A DNA stretch of 53,273 bases from a virus (IMGVR_UViG_3300043464_002177), one strand, 5' to 3'; shown: positions 35,342-46,166, numbered from the stretch's first letter. A program made the numbers and translations. The notes: a model not told the origin generated them from the sequence alone.

Positions 35342-36887
35342 AAATTTATTAGAAACTATATTAATTGAAGAAAGTAAAAAGGATGTCCTTGTAAACAAAA
35401 TAGGGCTTAACGAACCTATTGCTTCGGCGTTTGTTGATATTTGTGGACCTTTATCGGTTATTCTATTTAATAAAGCAATGCAAGCTTCTATTGATATTAA
35501 TACATCAAGACCCGATGTATATAAGATGAGCGGACTTTCTTACTATGATGGTAAAACACTAAAAGAAAAAATAATCAATTATTTCAACGATAGAAGAAGT
35601 GGTTTATTCGATGTTTTTGGCGGTAGACAAGAATTGATTGGTTTAATGGATTACATTAGAGTTGGTTTATATGGTAATTTTAAAAGCGTCCAAAATCTAA
35701 ATCTTAATGAATTACTTACAAAATCAAAAGAATGGCATGAATCTCTTGGTGTCGGTGATTCAAAAATTGATTATGTTGAGGAAAACCATATAATATTAGA
35801 TTTCAGAAAAGATGGTGAAGGATATTATTGGGTCGATTTTGGTGTAACCAATTGTTCAGAAGAAGCAAAAAGAATGGGGCACTGCGGAAGTTCAGGAGGT
35901 AATTTATTTTCACTAAGAAGTTATAGAAAAATAGAAAACAACCACACATTAAATAAAAGCCATTTAACCGCTTCAATAGATCGTTATGGTGCTTTATTAC
36001 AATTAAAGGGTCCTAAAAACTCAAAACCAACTAGCGAATATCATGGTCTTATTTTACCCTTACTTTATTTGAAAATAGATGATAGATTCCTTATCAAAAG
36101 TATTGGTTATGAATATAATAGTGCGAATGATTTTAAGATAGGTGATTTAACCGAAGATGAAATTAAAAAACTTTATCAGGACAGACCGGAATTGTTTAAA
36201 GGTAGACAAGAATATAAATTGTTAAGGAGTATTGGTTTAGTTGAGCCAGTAAAGTATGGAATTTTTACATTAACAATTTATCCAAAACAAGCTGAAGATT
36301 ATGTTAGAGGAGACTATAGTAATATTGTTGATGACGTTTTGGTTGGCAATACTTGGCAATTTTGGGACAATAGTGAGTATGCTGATTGGAAATATGCTGT
36401 TGAAAATGAATTAAACGATGAGAATGTTTCAAAAATCATCAGTTTACTAAAACAAAAAAATCCAAACATAACAGGCTCTGAGAATTTGTTAGAACTTATT
36501 GAGGAATATGACGAGGATCATGAAATTAAAAATAGAATCCGCTGGTCAGTTAATGATGCCGAAGCAAGTGATTATGAAAATTATTTATATAAAAATGTAA
36601 AGAACGCATTTGAAGAATATGGTGATATTGTAAGTATGAACGATGAGGGTATTGTTATTTCAATAGATTTAGAAACATTAATATCAAATAACAATATTAG
36701 TGATGAAGATATGGATGAAATTACTGAACGATGTGGTGATGATAGTGATGTTGAATGTATATTCAATGAATTATTAGGAGATGGGTATATTGAAAAACCT
36801 AGATTAGATGTTGATGATAGATGGTACCCAGATGCTGATAGAAATTATTTTAACGAAATATTAAACGATAGATTACATGAAATTTAG
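35331..36887 (+). CDS. PcfJ-like domain protein
   Basis: SKEWHESL..EEAKRMGHCG..LFSLR..GPKNSKP pattern. Confidence 0.6.
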   Translation: MKFRNLLETILIEESKKDVLVNKIGLNEPIASAFVDICGPLSVILFNKAMQASIDINTSRPDVYKMSGLSYYDGKTLKEKIINYFNDRRSGLFDVFGGRQELIGLMDYIRVGLYGNFKSVQNLNLNELLTKSKEWHESLGVGDSKIDYVEENHIILDFRKDGEGYYWVDFGVTNCSEEAKRMGHCGSSGGNLFSLRSYRKIENNHTLNKSHLTASIDRYGALLQLKGPKNSKPTSEYHGLILPLLYLKIDDRFLIKSIGYEYNSANDFKIGDLTEDEIKKLYQDRPELFKGRQEYKLLRSIGLVEPVKYGIFTLTIYPKQAEDYVRGDYSNIVDDVLVGNTWQFWDNSEYADWKYAVENELNDENVSKIISLLKQKNPNITGSENLLELIEEYDEDHEIKNRIRWSVNDAEASDYENYLYKNVKNAFEEYGDIVSMNDEGIVISIDLETLISNNNISDEDMDEITERCGDDSDVECIFNELLGDGYIEKPRLDVDDRWYPDADRNYFNEILNDRLHEI

Positions 36888-38712
36888 AGATATTATATTT
36901 GAATGGCTTCTTATTGAAAATAAAGAAGAGGTATATAAAAAATACTATTCCGACATTGATCGTGATAATTTTATTAGGATAATAAAAGCAGATCCTAAAA
37001 CCAATGTTCTTAATAATGAAATAAAGGCTATTGGCCCATATTCTAAAATATTAGTGGACATGTATAGAAAAGGTAAATTAATGTTTGAAGATTTACCAAA
37101 AGCGAATGAATATCTAACTTTAGTTTATCGCCATAGAATACCTGTTGATGCATCAAAAATGGAAACAATCGCTAGCATGTATGATTTGGTTAAGGAATAC
37201 ATCGTTAAAAGTGAAAAAAGCTTAGCAACAATTTTAGCAGCATTAAATAAAGACGAATATCAATTATTTGCAAATACCAAATCTTGGTATGTCTTTATAC
37301 CTAAAACAGAAAAAGCTGCGGCTTATCTTGGTGTGAATACTGAGTGGTGTACGGCATGGGGAAAATATTCATTAAACCCCGATTACAAAGAAAGAACTAA
37401 TCACTATAAGAATCATGGTGGTAATTTATACATTATGATTAATAAGGAAAACGAATCGGACAAGTACCAGCTTCATTTTGAAACCGATCAATTTAAAAAT
37501 CCCGCAGACCGTGAAATATCAAACAGACCTGTATTTTTTGATGAAAGATTAGAACTTAAACAAGCAATGTTTCCGTTTGTATTTAAATCCGATCTTGATT
37601 TTGATGAAGTTAAAGATGGTTTAACAAAGTCCAAAAATTTCTTATCAGAAAGTGATTATGAAAATATCATACAACAATTTATGACCATGGTTGGTAGTGA
37701 GAATTCTTTAATTTCTATATTAACAAATTATACTTCAGAACAAGAAGAATTATTACTAAAATTCATATCAGATCCGATTGTACAAGGTGTGGATGTGAAT
37801 CGTAACGGGTTAGAAATAGAAGTAAAAGATTTACCAAGATCCGCACAAAGTTATTACCATGGGCTCAACAACTTAAAAGCATATAAAGAAAGCGCGTATA
37901 ACGACATGAGGGATTATGAATATAATTCATATAGTGATAGTGATTGGGTTGACAGAACGATGAGGGGATTTCTAGAGACATACTATAAAAATAATGTGTC
38001 GGAATTAAAATCTAAGTTTGGTCATTTTGCTGCTAGTTTTGATAAATTTTATGACAAATTTGGAGATGACATTATTGATGATGAAAAAATAAAGGACGGT
38101 TATATTGATCATGCTAGTGATGTTAGCGGCGCATCATTAGAAAATGCATATAGAGAAGAGATCAAAAAAAATGAAGAATATTTAGATATTGATTTGGGTT
38201 GGTCATTAAGGACTATATCATTCCCAATTGAAAATTTAATAATGTATCTAGGTAAAAAAGATATTAAACTTATTCCAAGTTTAGATTCATTTATTGAAGA
38301 TTATATGTATGAACATGATTTAGTTAGTGAAGATTATTATGATGAGCCTGAACACGACTGGGGTTATGCAACTCAAGAACAAATGGATGTTTTATTTGAT
38401 GAATTTTTTGATGACCTTGAGGAAGATCTAGAACAAAACCCTGATTGTTTAGAGGATGCAACAGAGTTTTCAAAAATCTATGAAAAATATTTTAACAATT
38501 CTAATGAGACATTTGAAAATGAATTTGTTAAAATAACTATCATTGATGATACTGTTGATTGTGAGAATGGTATCGAAGTTAATTATCTAAACAAAAAAAC
38601 AAACGAAACTTATGAGGGTTTTATAAAGGTAGATAATATAATAAACTACATACAAACAGAGCCCCTATTTGAGAGGCTCAGTTTAAGTAAATTATTAAAA
38701 GATTTAAATTAA
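36877..38712 (+). CDS. large acidic hypothetical protein (PcfJ-like segment)
   Basis: AAYLGVNTEWCTA..LYIMINK..KYQLHF..F..PAD. Confidence 0.65.
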   Translation: MKFRDIIFEWLLIENKEEVYKKYYSDIDRDNFIRIIKADPKTNVLNNEIKAIGPYSKILVDMYRKGKLMFEDLPKANEYLTLVYRHRIPVDASKMETIASMYDLVKEYIVKSEKSLATILAALNKDEYQLFANTKSWYVFIPKTEKAAAYLGVNTEWCTAWGKYSLNPDYKERTNHYKNHGGNLYIMINKENESDKYQLHFETDQFKNPADREISNRPVFFDERLELKQAMFPFVFKSDLDFDEVKDGLTKSKNFLSESDYENIIQQFMTMVGSENSLISILTNYTSEQEELLLKFISDPIVQGVDVNRNGLEIEVKDLPRSAQSYYHGLNNLKAYKESAYNDMRDYEYNSYSDSDWVDRTMRGFLETYYKNNVSELKSKFGHFAASFDKFYDKFGDDIIDDEKIKDGYIDHASDVSGASLENAYREEIKKNEEYLDIDLGWSLRTISFPIENLIMYLGKKDIKLIPSLDSFIEDYMYEHDLVSEDYYDEPEHDWGYATQEQMDVLFDEFFDDLEEDLEQNPDCLEDATEFSKIYEKYFNNSNETFENEFVKITIIDDTVDCENGIEVNYLNKKTNETYEGFIKVDNIINYIQTEPLFERLSLSKLLKDLN

Positions 38713-39831
38713 TTATTTGTGCGGAGGAAATTGTTGTGGTTTAGTAAATTGGAAAAATATTTGTTTTACCGGAACCGTACTATCTTCGTATGTGGTTATT
38801 AATTCAATATCACCCGCACCAATTCCTTGTAATTTTTGTTCTAATGATTTCCCGTCTTTATTTTCAGACCCATCAATTTGACCATCGGCTCTTTTTACAT
38901 AATCTGAACCGAAAGAACCTCTAGATGTAAATCCCATCCACGCTTTACCATCATTACTTTTACCAACAGTTGCACTATATGTTGTACTAAATTGATTTTC
39001 TGATCTTGTTATTTTTGCATTTAAACTTACAATTTTTGGATTAATACCTTTATCATAAATTTCTTTTAACGCCGGCCCAAGTTTGTCTTCTAAATTCTTA
39101 AAATTATGTGCGGTATCACCATCATTTGATGTAAAAGTCCCGGAAACTGTTTTACTAACTTCACTAACTTCATTTTTATTAGCTGGCGTATCGGCTTGTT
39201 GAGCTGTAGGTGCTTGTGTTGGTTGTGGTGTAGTTACGCTTCCATCTGGTTCAACTTCTGCTCTTTGATAACCCTCTGGTCTACCACCGGAAACGAACAT
39301 TATATAAAGATTATAGGTTTTTTGCGGATCGTTAGGGTCTAAATTAGGTAATTGATCCATTTGAATATGGTTTCTACCTAACACTTTGATTTTACCCCTA
39401 GCACCAACAAATGCACGACTTTTTTCTGCTGCTTTGTCCATTACTTTAGCGGTTAAAACATTTTCAGCGCTACTATTAACCTGGCTATAAATCGATAATG
39501 CTAGATCAAAATACCAATCTCTTTCCTCTTCTTTACATGGTTCTAAAGTTAACGTTAACTTTAATTTTGACCCTTGTATTGAGGCTTTTGCAACACCTCC
39601 TGGATTGTTTGTTTTAACTTTATATGGTGTAGAACCTCTTAACGCTTTTTCAACATCAGTTTTAAGTGTTTTTATTAAGGTTTTTAAACCATCAAAATTA
39701 GGACTAGTCCCCAATTCATTACTAACAACAACAGATATTGGTTGAGCCGCAGTTTGTTCTGCCTGCTCACTAATTACTTTTTCAATAATATCTAAAATAT
39801 TAGATTCCTTAATTTTAATTACTTTCTTCAT
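38713..39831 (-). CDS. hypothetical late protein
   Basis: MKKVIKIKESNILDIIEKVISEQ N-terminal motif. Confidence 0.8.
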   Translation of the reverse strand: MKKVIKIKESNILDIIEKVISEQAEQTAAQPISVVVSNELGTSPNFDGLKTLIKTLKTDVEKALRGSTPYKVKTNNPGGVAKASIQGSKLKLTLTLEPCKEEERDWYFDLALSIYSQVNSSAENVLTAKVMDKAAEKSRAFVGARGKIKVLGRNHIQMDQLPNLDPNDPQKTYNLYIMFVSGGRPEGYQRAEVEPDGSVTTPQPTQAPTAQQADTPANKNEVSEVSKTVSGTFTSNDGDTAHNFKNLEDKLGPALKEIYDKGINPKIVSLNAKITRSENQFSTTYSATVGKSNDGKAWMGFTSRGSFGSDYVKRADGQIDGSENKDGKSLEQKLQGIGAGDIELITTYEDSTVPVKQIFFQFTKPQQFPPHK

Positions 39832-40801
39832 TATTATTAAATATTTGATAAGTTATATACATTCCAGGATTTTCTGAATATATTTTACGTCTCTTTAACC
39901 AGTCATTAATATTATCTAACTGTTTTAATTGATATCCCCAAATATAATCAGCACCGATAGTCTGTGGGTAAACTATTAATTGCTTCCCAATTCCCAAGTT
40001 TTTAAATCTACTAGAAATACCTAGAGCGACCCCTTGAATACCGATCATATCATCAGTTATTTCTATTCCTTCTTTTTGTGGTAGATCTTCTTGTGTTAAA
40101 AAATAAAAACCACCAACTTCACCATTAACTTCAGCAACAACACTTAAACCAAAATTATTATTACATTGACCTTTTATTACTGCCCATATTGATCCGGCTT
40201 TCATTCCACCAAGTTTACTATAAACATCTTCGAGCATATTGAAAACGGCTTCATAATCATCATCTCTATATGATCTTATAATAACATTACTTTCATCACC
40301 CTCGTTTAAATCTATTTGTTCATTTTCTTTCAAAACCTCAAAGAAAAAGTAATTCCTTTCTCTCCATATTTCTTCTAACTGTCCTTCGTTATATTCTAAC
40401 TGACCTAACCATGGATCGTTCACATAAAAAGTATTTGGGGCTTCTGGATTATACGAATGAACAACGATCCAATGTGGTACTCTATGTGTTAATGTTCTCA
40501 ACATTGTAACACTACCTCTATCGATAGCTTCTCTTAATGAATTATATGGATTCTCATCGTCCATATGCTCTATGTATTTTATGTCCAAAGAATTTAACCC
40601 CTTTCTCATTCTTTCCGGTGGCGTCCCAGTAATATTATCAGTACCACAACTCTTACATATTTCAGAAATACTAGCAACTTCTCCTTTAAAGAAATCACCA
40701 ACCATTTTAATACAAGTTGGACCACAACTAATACCATCTGGTTGTCTAATCTGTTTTACCAATCTCTTGTATTGGTCTTCTGTTATTACTAGTTTTTTCA
40801 T
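39815..40801 (-). CDS. peptidase C39-like + GNAT acetyltransferase fusion
   Basis: QPDGISCGPTC..HWIVV..VNDP; C-terminal GVALGISSRFKNLGIGKQL acetyl-CoA motif. Confidence 0.8.
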   Translation of the reverse strand: MKKLVITEDQYKRLVKQIRQPDGISCGPTCIKMVGDFFKGEVASISEICKSCGTDNITGTPPERMRKGLNSLDIKYIEHMDDENPYNSLREAIDRGSVTMLRTLTHRVPHWIVVHSYNPEAPNTFYVNDPWLGQLEYNEGQLEEIWRERNYFFFEVLKENEQIDLNEGDESNVIIRSYRDDDYEAVFNMLEDVYSKLGGMKAGSIWAVIKGQCNNNFGLSVVAEVNGEVGGFYFLTQEDLPQKEGIEITDDMIGIQGVALGISSRFKNLGIGKQLIVYPQTIGADYIWGYQLKQLDNINDWLKRRKIYSENPGMYITYQIFNNNEESN

Positions 40802-41946
40802 TAGCTTTGATATATTTTTAAAAATCCACCCATTTTTTCACCATATACACTATTACCTGTATCAGCAACAACAATGTCGTCATCCTTAAGAATGGCTTTA
40901 TGCTCTTTACCCATATCATCAACGAAAACAACCTCATTCGGTAATTCCTTCATCATTTTTTTCCATAACCCTACCGCTTGATATGATTGAGCTTTACCAG
41001 ATGCTATTGCGCCGAATTTTAAAACAGTTTTATATATTTCTAATGCAATACCCATTTTACGGTATTCCGGTCTAACATATGGTAAAGTTATAAAAAATGT
41101 ATCAGCACTCCTCATTTCAAATTCAGCTATAGCAACTTTAATTTTTTTAAATGGATCAACAACGTGTATCGCAACCATTTCATTACCATCGTTGTATATG
41201 TCATAATGATAAACAAAACCACCAGCCTCTTTTAACTTTGGGATATTTTCTTTAACATGCATGTATTCTTTATAGTTCTCTTCAGGGTCATTTTTCTTAT
41301 ACTTTGGCCCCAGCTCACTAAATCTATAACGATCGATTTCTTTTAGATCTCTATCGTGTTTTTTATATCTATCCGGATTAGCCATCATCTCAGGTTTACT
41401 AAATAATCGCTTCTTTCTTGTAAAGGCGAAACTTCTACTTCTTTCGTCAACTTCTTGATTTTCAGTTACATGTGTATTATGTTTACCGCACCAAGGACAT
41501 ATAGGTAATGACTTTTTCTTTTTATGTATGGTTTGTGTAAAGAATTTTTTACAAGCTGAGCATTTAATAAATTTTGCTGTGTTGTCTTTTTTGTTTTTTT
41601 CCTTGTATAGGTCTATACTTCTCAATATTTGATTATACTTGTCATCTGATAATTCAAATTGACCAACTTCATTCCACCACTTAATAGATCCGTTTTTGGT
41701 AAAATGTTTTGCTTTTCTAACCCATTCTTGACCCGGCTCTGGGTGTTCAACATTCCATAATGTTATAAGATTGGTATCATGCTCCCAGTTCGATTCTACT
41801 CTTTCCCCATTTTCATGAGGTTCCACCACCCATAAAATACCCTTACTAACAAGATTGAAAAAATCAAACGTTTTTCGCTCTTTGTTGGCTTCTCTAAGAT
41901 TTGCAACAATTTTATTTAATTGTTGTTCAGAAATCATAATCTTCAT
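40801..41946 (-). CDS. multidomain protein with zinc ribbon and C-terminal GNAT acetyltransferase
   Basis: CSAC..CPWC; VRPEYRKMGIA..QSYQAVGLWKK; start MKIMISEQQL. Confidence 0.75.
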   Translation of the reverse strand: MKIMISEQQLNKIVANLREANKERKTFDFFNLVSKGILWVVEPHENGERVESNWEHDTNLITLWNVEHPEPGQEWVRKAKHFTKNGSIKWWNEVGQFELSDDKYNQILRSIDLYKEKNKKDNTAKFIKCSACKKFFTQTIHKKKKSLPICPWCGKHNTHVTENQEVDERSRSFAFTRKKRLFSKPEMMANPDRYKKHDRDLKEIDRYRFSELGPKYKKNDPEENYKEYMHVKENIPKLKEAGGFVYHYDIYNDGNEMVAIHVVDPFKKIKVAIAEFEMRSADTFFITLPYVRPEYRKMGIALEIYKTVLKFGAIASGKAQSYQAVGLWKKMMKELPNEVVFVDDMGKEHKAILKDDDIVVADTGNSVYGEKMGGFLKIYQS

Positions 41947-41996
41947 ATACATAAATATAAAAAAATTTATTAACTTTGTACTAATATTTATGAATT

Positions 41997-42899
41997 ATGA
42001 GGTTATTAGACGTCCTAACTGAAGAACAAAGCTATAAAGTATCCTATTCTGCTGTCGTTTTAGACAAACAGTCAAGAGACGCTATATTAAACCATTTATC
42101 GATCCCAAATGGTTGGAAAACAATTTGTCATCATATGACAATTAAATTGGGCGAATTACCCGATAATCTAAAAAACAGAATCGGTGAAAAGGTCACCCTG
42201 AGAATCAACAAGTTAGGTGAATCTGATAAAGCATTGGCAGTTGGTGTTGATACCGATTTGTCAATGAACGCGATACCACATATCACTGTGGCGATTAATG
42301 TAGCAAACGGGGCAAAGCCAAAAGATTCAAACGACATCAAAGATTGGAAAGATCTTTCAGAAAGTTTTAATGTTACAGGTAAAATCGAAGAGATATTATA
42401 TCAAGTACCATTTAAAGCTAAAGGTTCACCCACAGTTTTAAATGTGTTCGATTTTGATGGTACATTAATGGATTCACCATTACCTGAAACTGGTAAAGAA
42501 CAATATAAAGAAATTACTGGTAAAGACTGGCCACATAAAGGATGGTGGGGACAAATTGATAGTTTAGAACCATTTGAGGTTAAACCAATAGAAGATACAA
42601 AAGATCTTTATAATCAATATTCTGTTATTCCTAATTCAATTAATGTTTTGATGACAAATAGGTTAGCAAAATTTGAACCAGTTGTAAAAGATAAATTGAG
42701 AGGATTATACGTTTTTGATTATTATGATTTCAAAAATGATAATAGAGAAAAGCCTGAAAGGATTAAAGAAATTTTAAAGAACAATCCATCAGTAGATACC
42801 ATCAATATTTTTGATGATATGGATGAACAGATTGAAAGGTTTAATAGATTCAAGGAAGAAAATCCCAACTTAGAGATTAACGTTTTTCAAATAAAATAG
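41997..42899 (+). CDS. 2H phosphodiesterase + HAD phosphatase (RNA end-healing-like enzyme)
   Basis: HHMTI and PHITV 2H motifs; FDFDGTL and IFDD HAD motifs; TAACTTTG promoter at 41971. Confidence 0.8.
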   Translation: MRLLDVLTEEQSYKVSYSAVVLDKQSRDAILNHLSIPNGWKTICHHMTIKLGELPDNLKNRIGEKVTLRINKLGESDKALAVGVDTDLSMNAIPHITVAINVANGAKPKDSNDIKDWKDLSESFNVTGKIEEILYQVPFKAKGSPTVLNVFDFDGTLMDSPLPETGKEQYKEITGKDWPHKGWWGQIDSLEPFEVKPIEDTKDLYNQYSVIPNSINVLMTNRLAKFEPVVKDKLRGLYVFDYYDFKNDNREKPERIKEILKNNPSVDTINIFDDMDEQIERFNRFKEENPNLEINVFQIK

Positions 42900-42901
42900 T
42901 T

Positions 42902-43390
42902 TTATTTTAAAAGATTTTTAATTCTAGTAACGTTTTCGTTTACTTGTTCATTTTCATCTTCCCAAACTTTACTTAATTCAATAACAACAAGTTTCATGTA
43001 ATTACCGTTTTCTAATTGAAATAAAGCGTCGTCTACAATATCTGCGCCAAACTTAGCTTGTTGTTTACCCATCTTTTTTAAGATAGCAACTCTGGCATTC
43101 ATCATTGCTGCAGTTGTTACTGAGTTTTGGTTTTGACCAACAGCTTCACCATAACCTTTCATGTTACTTTTGTCTTGATTGATCTTAGACCATTCAGCTC
43201 TAAGTTGTTCAAGATCTCTACCTTTATCTGGTTTACCTGGTTGTGGTACTTCTTTATTTTGGATCGCGCCTTTTACTTTATCAACAACATTTTGAACCCC
43301 GGTTTTAATTTTGTTACCTAGGTTTTTTAATACTTGTTCGCTTACCATTAATCTTTGTAATTGTTCTTCGGTTATTTTAATTTTTTTCAT
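42902..43390 (-). CDS. hypothetical late protein
   Basis: MKKIKITEEQLQRLMVSEQ; C-terminal VNENVTRIKNLLK. Confidence 0.8.
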   Translation of the reverse strand: MKKIKITEEQLQRLMVSEQVLKNLGNKIKTGVQNVVDKVKGAIQNKEVPQPGKPDKGRDLEQLRAEWSKINQDKSNMKGYGEAVGQNQNSVTTAAMMNARVAILKKMGKQQAKFGADIVDDALFQLENGNYMKLVVIELSKVWEDENEQVNENVTRIKNLLK

Positions 43391-43391
43391 A

Positions 43392-44036
43392 TTAGAAATC
43401 TAAACATTTTAAATTGCCCTTTTTATCATATCCAAAATTATAACGATGAAGATCCGGAACCTGTTTGGATACTTTTTGTATTTTTTCAGTTAATTTTATG
43501 TAATTCATGAAGATTGGATACAATTGAGGGTAGTACTTCTTAACCTCTTCATCTACCTTTGCAATGGTTGCATCGCTGTCATATCCGTTTGCTTTAGCTT
43601 TTGGAGAATTTGTCATGTAAATAATAAGGAAATCTAGGAACTCATAACCATCACGTTCGGTCAAAGTCTCTAACATCTCATCAAGTAAATCCCATTCCTT
43701 ATTAACTCTAACGGTATCAAGTTTTTCCATCTCAACATAATCCATTGGAACCACAGTACCTGCAGGAACACTTTTAGATCCTTTATTAAGTCTATAAAAA
43801 AAAAGATCTGATTTAAGTTTAATCTTTGTGGTGCCTCTTTTGTATACTTTAGGGAATATAGATGGGTCTTGTTTAAATTCTTCGATCCAAGAATCAATAG
43901 ACCTCTTAGAACCCAATTTATAAACAATATTAGGATCTGTGGTAGACGGGAATACCTTGTGCTCAACACCGGCACCCATTTCCTTACGGGAACGCCCTTC
44001 ACTAAATTCGTTATTAATTATCTCTAGAAGTTTCAT
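43392..44036 (-). CDS. protein-kinase-like fold protein
   Basis: GAGVEHKVF Gly loop, VYK, catalytic DLHRYN, LDF. Confidence 0.75.
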   Translation of the reverse strand: MKLLEIINNEFSEGRSRKEMGAGVEHKVFPSTTDPNIVYKLGSKRSIDSWIEEFKQDPSIFPKVYKRGTTKIKLKSDLFFYRLNKGSKSVPAGTVVPMDYVEMEKLDTVRVNKEWDLLDEMLETLTERDGYEFLDFLIIYMTNSPKAKANGYDSDATIAKVDEEVKKYYPQLYPIFMNYIKLTEKIQKVSKQVPDLHRYNFGYDKKGNLKCLDF

Positions 44037-44466
44037 TATATGGGCTTACGCTTTTCATTTTTTTAGCATAATCAATTATTTCTTCAAGAGAATCTGCTAC
44101 TCTATATAAATCGTTTTGAATTGTGTCTATCTCTTGATTAACTTTATCCAATTCCGTTACATTATCAGGTCTATCCATCCAATCATACATTTCAACAATA
44201 TCATAGTATTTGTTAAAAATACTTTCATAGTGTTTTTGTTGTGCCTCAAGTTCCTGATGAAATTGTTCAAAACGATCAGGTGCATCCATTATTTCACCAA
44301 TGGTCACAGCACTAATAGCATTAAAAGCAGCTCTTAGTACTTTATTTGCTTTATCCAGATTCTTTTTATTAATTTCAACAAACTCATCAATTTTCTCCGG
44401 AGAGTATTGCCACCCTTCTTCTTGTAATATTTTAAACTGAGCTTCAGTTACAATTATTTTTTTCAT
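44014..44466 (-). CDS. helical hypothetical late protein
   Basis: MKKIIVTEAQFKILQEE. Confidence 0.75.
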   Translation of the reverse strand: MKKIIVTEAQFKILQEEGWQYSPEKIDEFVEINKKNLDKANKVLRAAFNAISAVTIGEIMDAPDRFEQFHQELEAQQKHYESIFNKYYDIVEMYDWMDRPDNVTELDKVNQEIDTIQNDLYRVADSLEEIIDYAKKMKSVSPYNETSRDN

Positions 44467-44519
44467 AGTCAATTAAGTTTGTTTTAAATAACGCGGCGCA
44501 GCCGTCGTGCCATCAGAGC

Positions 44520-45080
44520 TTATCTATCTCTATAATCATCCTCATCTGGACCGTAATCCAAATCTGAAATCAATTCAACCAAAGTATCTTCAAATTCACT
44601 ATACATTATATCAGCACCACTTATTTCTTTTTGACCTTCTTTCATAGGAGGAAAAGTCATGTCCATGAAATCGCTAATATCTTTACCGTTATAGATTACA
44701 GTTTCTTCACCGCTATCAGATATTTCCTTAACGGTTAGTCTCATTTTTTCAAATTCCCATTCAGGACCTTCTTGATATCCAGGGGTATAATAGTCACCTG
44801 GTTCATAAGAACCATAAGAAGTAATGTTAATATCAAAATTATATTCTAAGGTGTACTTACCTTCTTGATCCCCAATGATAAAGAAACCATCTCCGGAGCT
44901 AACGCTAGAATCATCAAAATAGGGACTCTTTGCGAAATCTTGCAATACACCCATAATGATGCTTTTTATTTCTTCATTATTATCACCAGAAGATTGTAAT
45001 TCAGGTGAGCTAAAATCACTTTCCTGAATCATTCTCATCATACCTTTAATTCTGTTTATAGATTCGTTTAAATTTTTCAT
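44520..45080 (-). CDS. acidic hypothetical late protein
   Basis: MKNLNESINRIKGMMRMIQE. Confidence 0.78.
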   Translation of the reverse strand: MKNLNESINRIKGMMRMIQESDFSSPELQSSGDNNEEIKSIIMGVLQDFAKSPYFDDSSVSSGDGFFIIGDQEGKYTLEYNFDINITSYGSYEPGDYYTPGYQEGPEWEFEKMRLTVKEISDSGEETVIYNGKDISDFMDMTFPPMKEGQKEISGADIMYSEFEDTLVELISDLDYGPDEDDYRDR

Positions 45081-45105
45081 ATACATAAATATAAATAAGT
45101 TATTA

Positions 45106-45618
45106 TTACCATCTCAAAAGACCAAACAAACCTCTTGATCTTGTCCCATCACAAAAATACGTAGTTCTTTTTCTAAAATGAATAAATCTACTTAAAAATG
45201 TTAACAGCATAATAAAGATAATACCACCGATAGCAATTGCAAAAGCTGGTGGCATGCTAACACCCAATAAGCTTATTACAGCAGGCCCAGCGACTTGCTC
45301 CGTTTGTTGTCTTGATTGTCTCTTTAAATCCTTTAATTGTTTTTTTACTTGCATTAGTTGAGCAAATGATGCGCCCTTCATCTTTTCTTTTAGCTCATTC
45401 ACCTTTTGCATCTGCTCGTCGGTAATGTTTGGCATATCAAATTCGCCAGGTTCCGCACACATTACTTCCTTATATTCTTCTGTAGATAAGTTTTCACCCA
45501 CCTTCTGATTAAATTCACTTGTCATTTGCTGAACTTCCATCTCTTGTTGGTTTTCTCTTATTACCTTTTTAACCAGATTTGTTAGTTCGCTTTCCGTTAA
45601 TCTTACTACTTTAGCCAT
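45106..45618 (-). CDS. late protein with C-terminal TM segment
   Basis: MAKVVRLTESELTNLVKKVIRE; hydrophobic helix near the C-terminus. Confidence 0.78.
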   Translation of the reverse strand: MAKVVRLTESELTNLVKKVIRENQQEMEVQQMTSEFNQKVGENLSTEEYKEVMCAEPGEFDMPNITDEQMQKVNELKEKMKGASFAQLMQVKKQLKDLKRQSRQQTEQVAGPAVISLLGVSMPPAFAIAIGGIIFIMLLTFLSRFIHFRKRTTYFCDGTRSRGLFGLLRW

Positions 45619-45641
45619 TATGTTTTGTTTTAATTATAATA

Positions 45642-46082
45642 TTAATCAGGAGTGTTAAATCCATCATATAATTCTGTTTCAGTTACTCGATAAAAAATTG
45701 TTTCATTACCATCTTTATCAACCATAGCGTCCATTTCAACGTTACCATATGCTAAATCAAGAGCATTGAACATTTCCTCAGGTAATTCCTCACCACCATT
45801 ATATACCAATTTGAATATCACACTCTGGTAATAGGAACCTCTATTTTTTCCTGAGTCGTATTTTGTGTCAACCACATTAACGTCAATATCTTCACCAAAT
45901 TGATTTTTCAAAAATTGATCTGGTTCAACATCAACTTCCAAGTAACTATCAGCACCCGGATGGTCATATTCAGGAGGAGTCCCGCCCATATAGTTACCTT
46001 TACTATCATAGTCACCTTCATTCATTGATCTCATCATTCCCTGAATACGAGATACTTGTTCTTCTAATGTTTGTTTTTTCAT
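45642..46082 (-). CDS. acidic hypothetical late protein
   Basis: MKKQTLEEQVSRIQGMMRSMNE. Confidence 0.78.
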   Translation of the reverse strand: MKKQTLEEQVSRIQGMMRSMNEGDYDSKGNYMGGTPPEYDHPGADSYLEVDVEPDQFLKNQFGEDIDVNVVDTKYDSGKNRGSYYQSVIFKLVYNGGEELPEEMFNALDLAYGNVEMDAMVDKDGNETIFYRVTETELYDGFNTPD

Positions 46083-46116
46083 AATAATTTTAGCTTAATA
46101 ATAAATATAAAGAAAA

Positions 46117-46146
46117 AGCCCTTCAGCGCTTTATGCTGAAGGGCGT
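46117..46146 (-). terminator. intrinsic terminator (minus strand)
   Basis: GCCCTTCAGC-gcttta-TGCTGAAGGGC preceded by an A-run on + strand. Confidence 0.75.
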
Positions 46147-46166
46147 TATTATTGATTTAATTTTAT

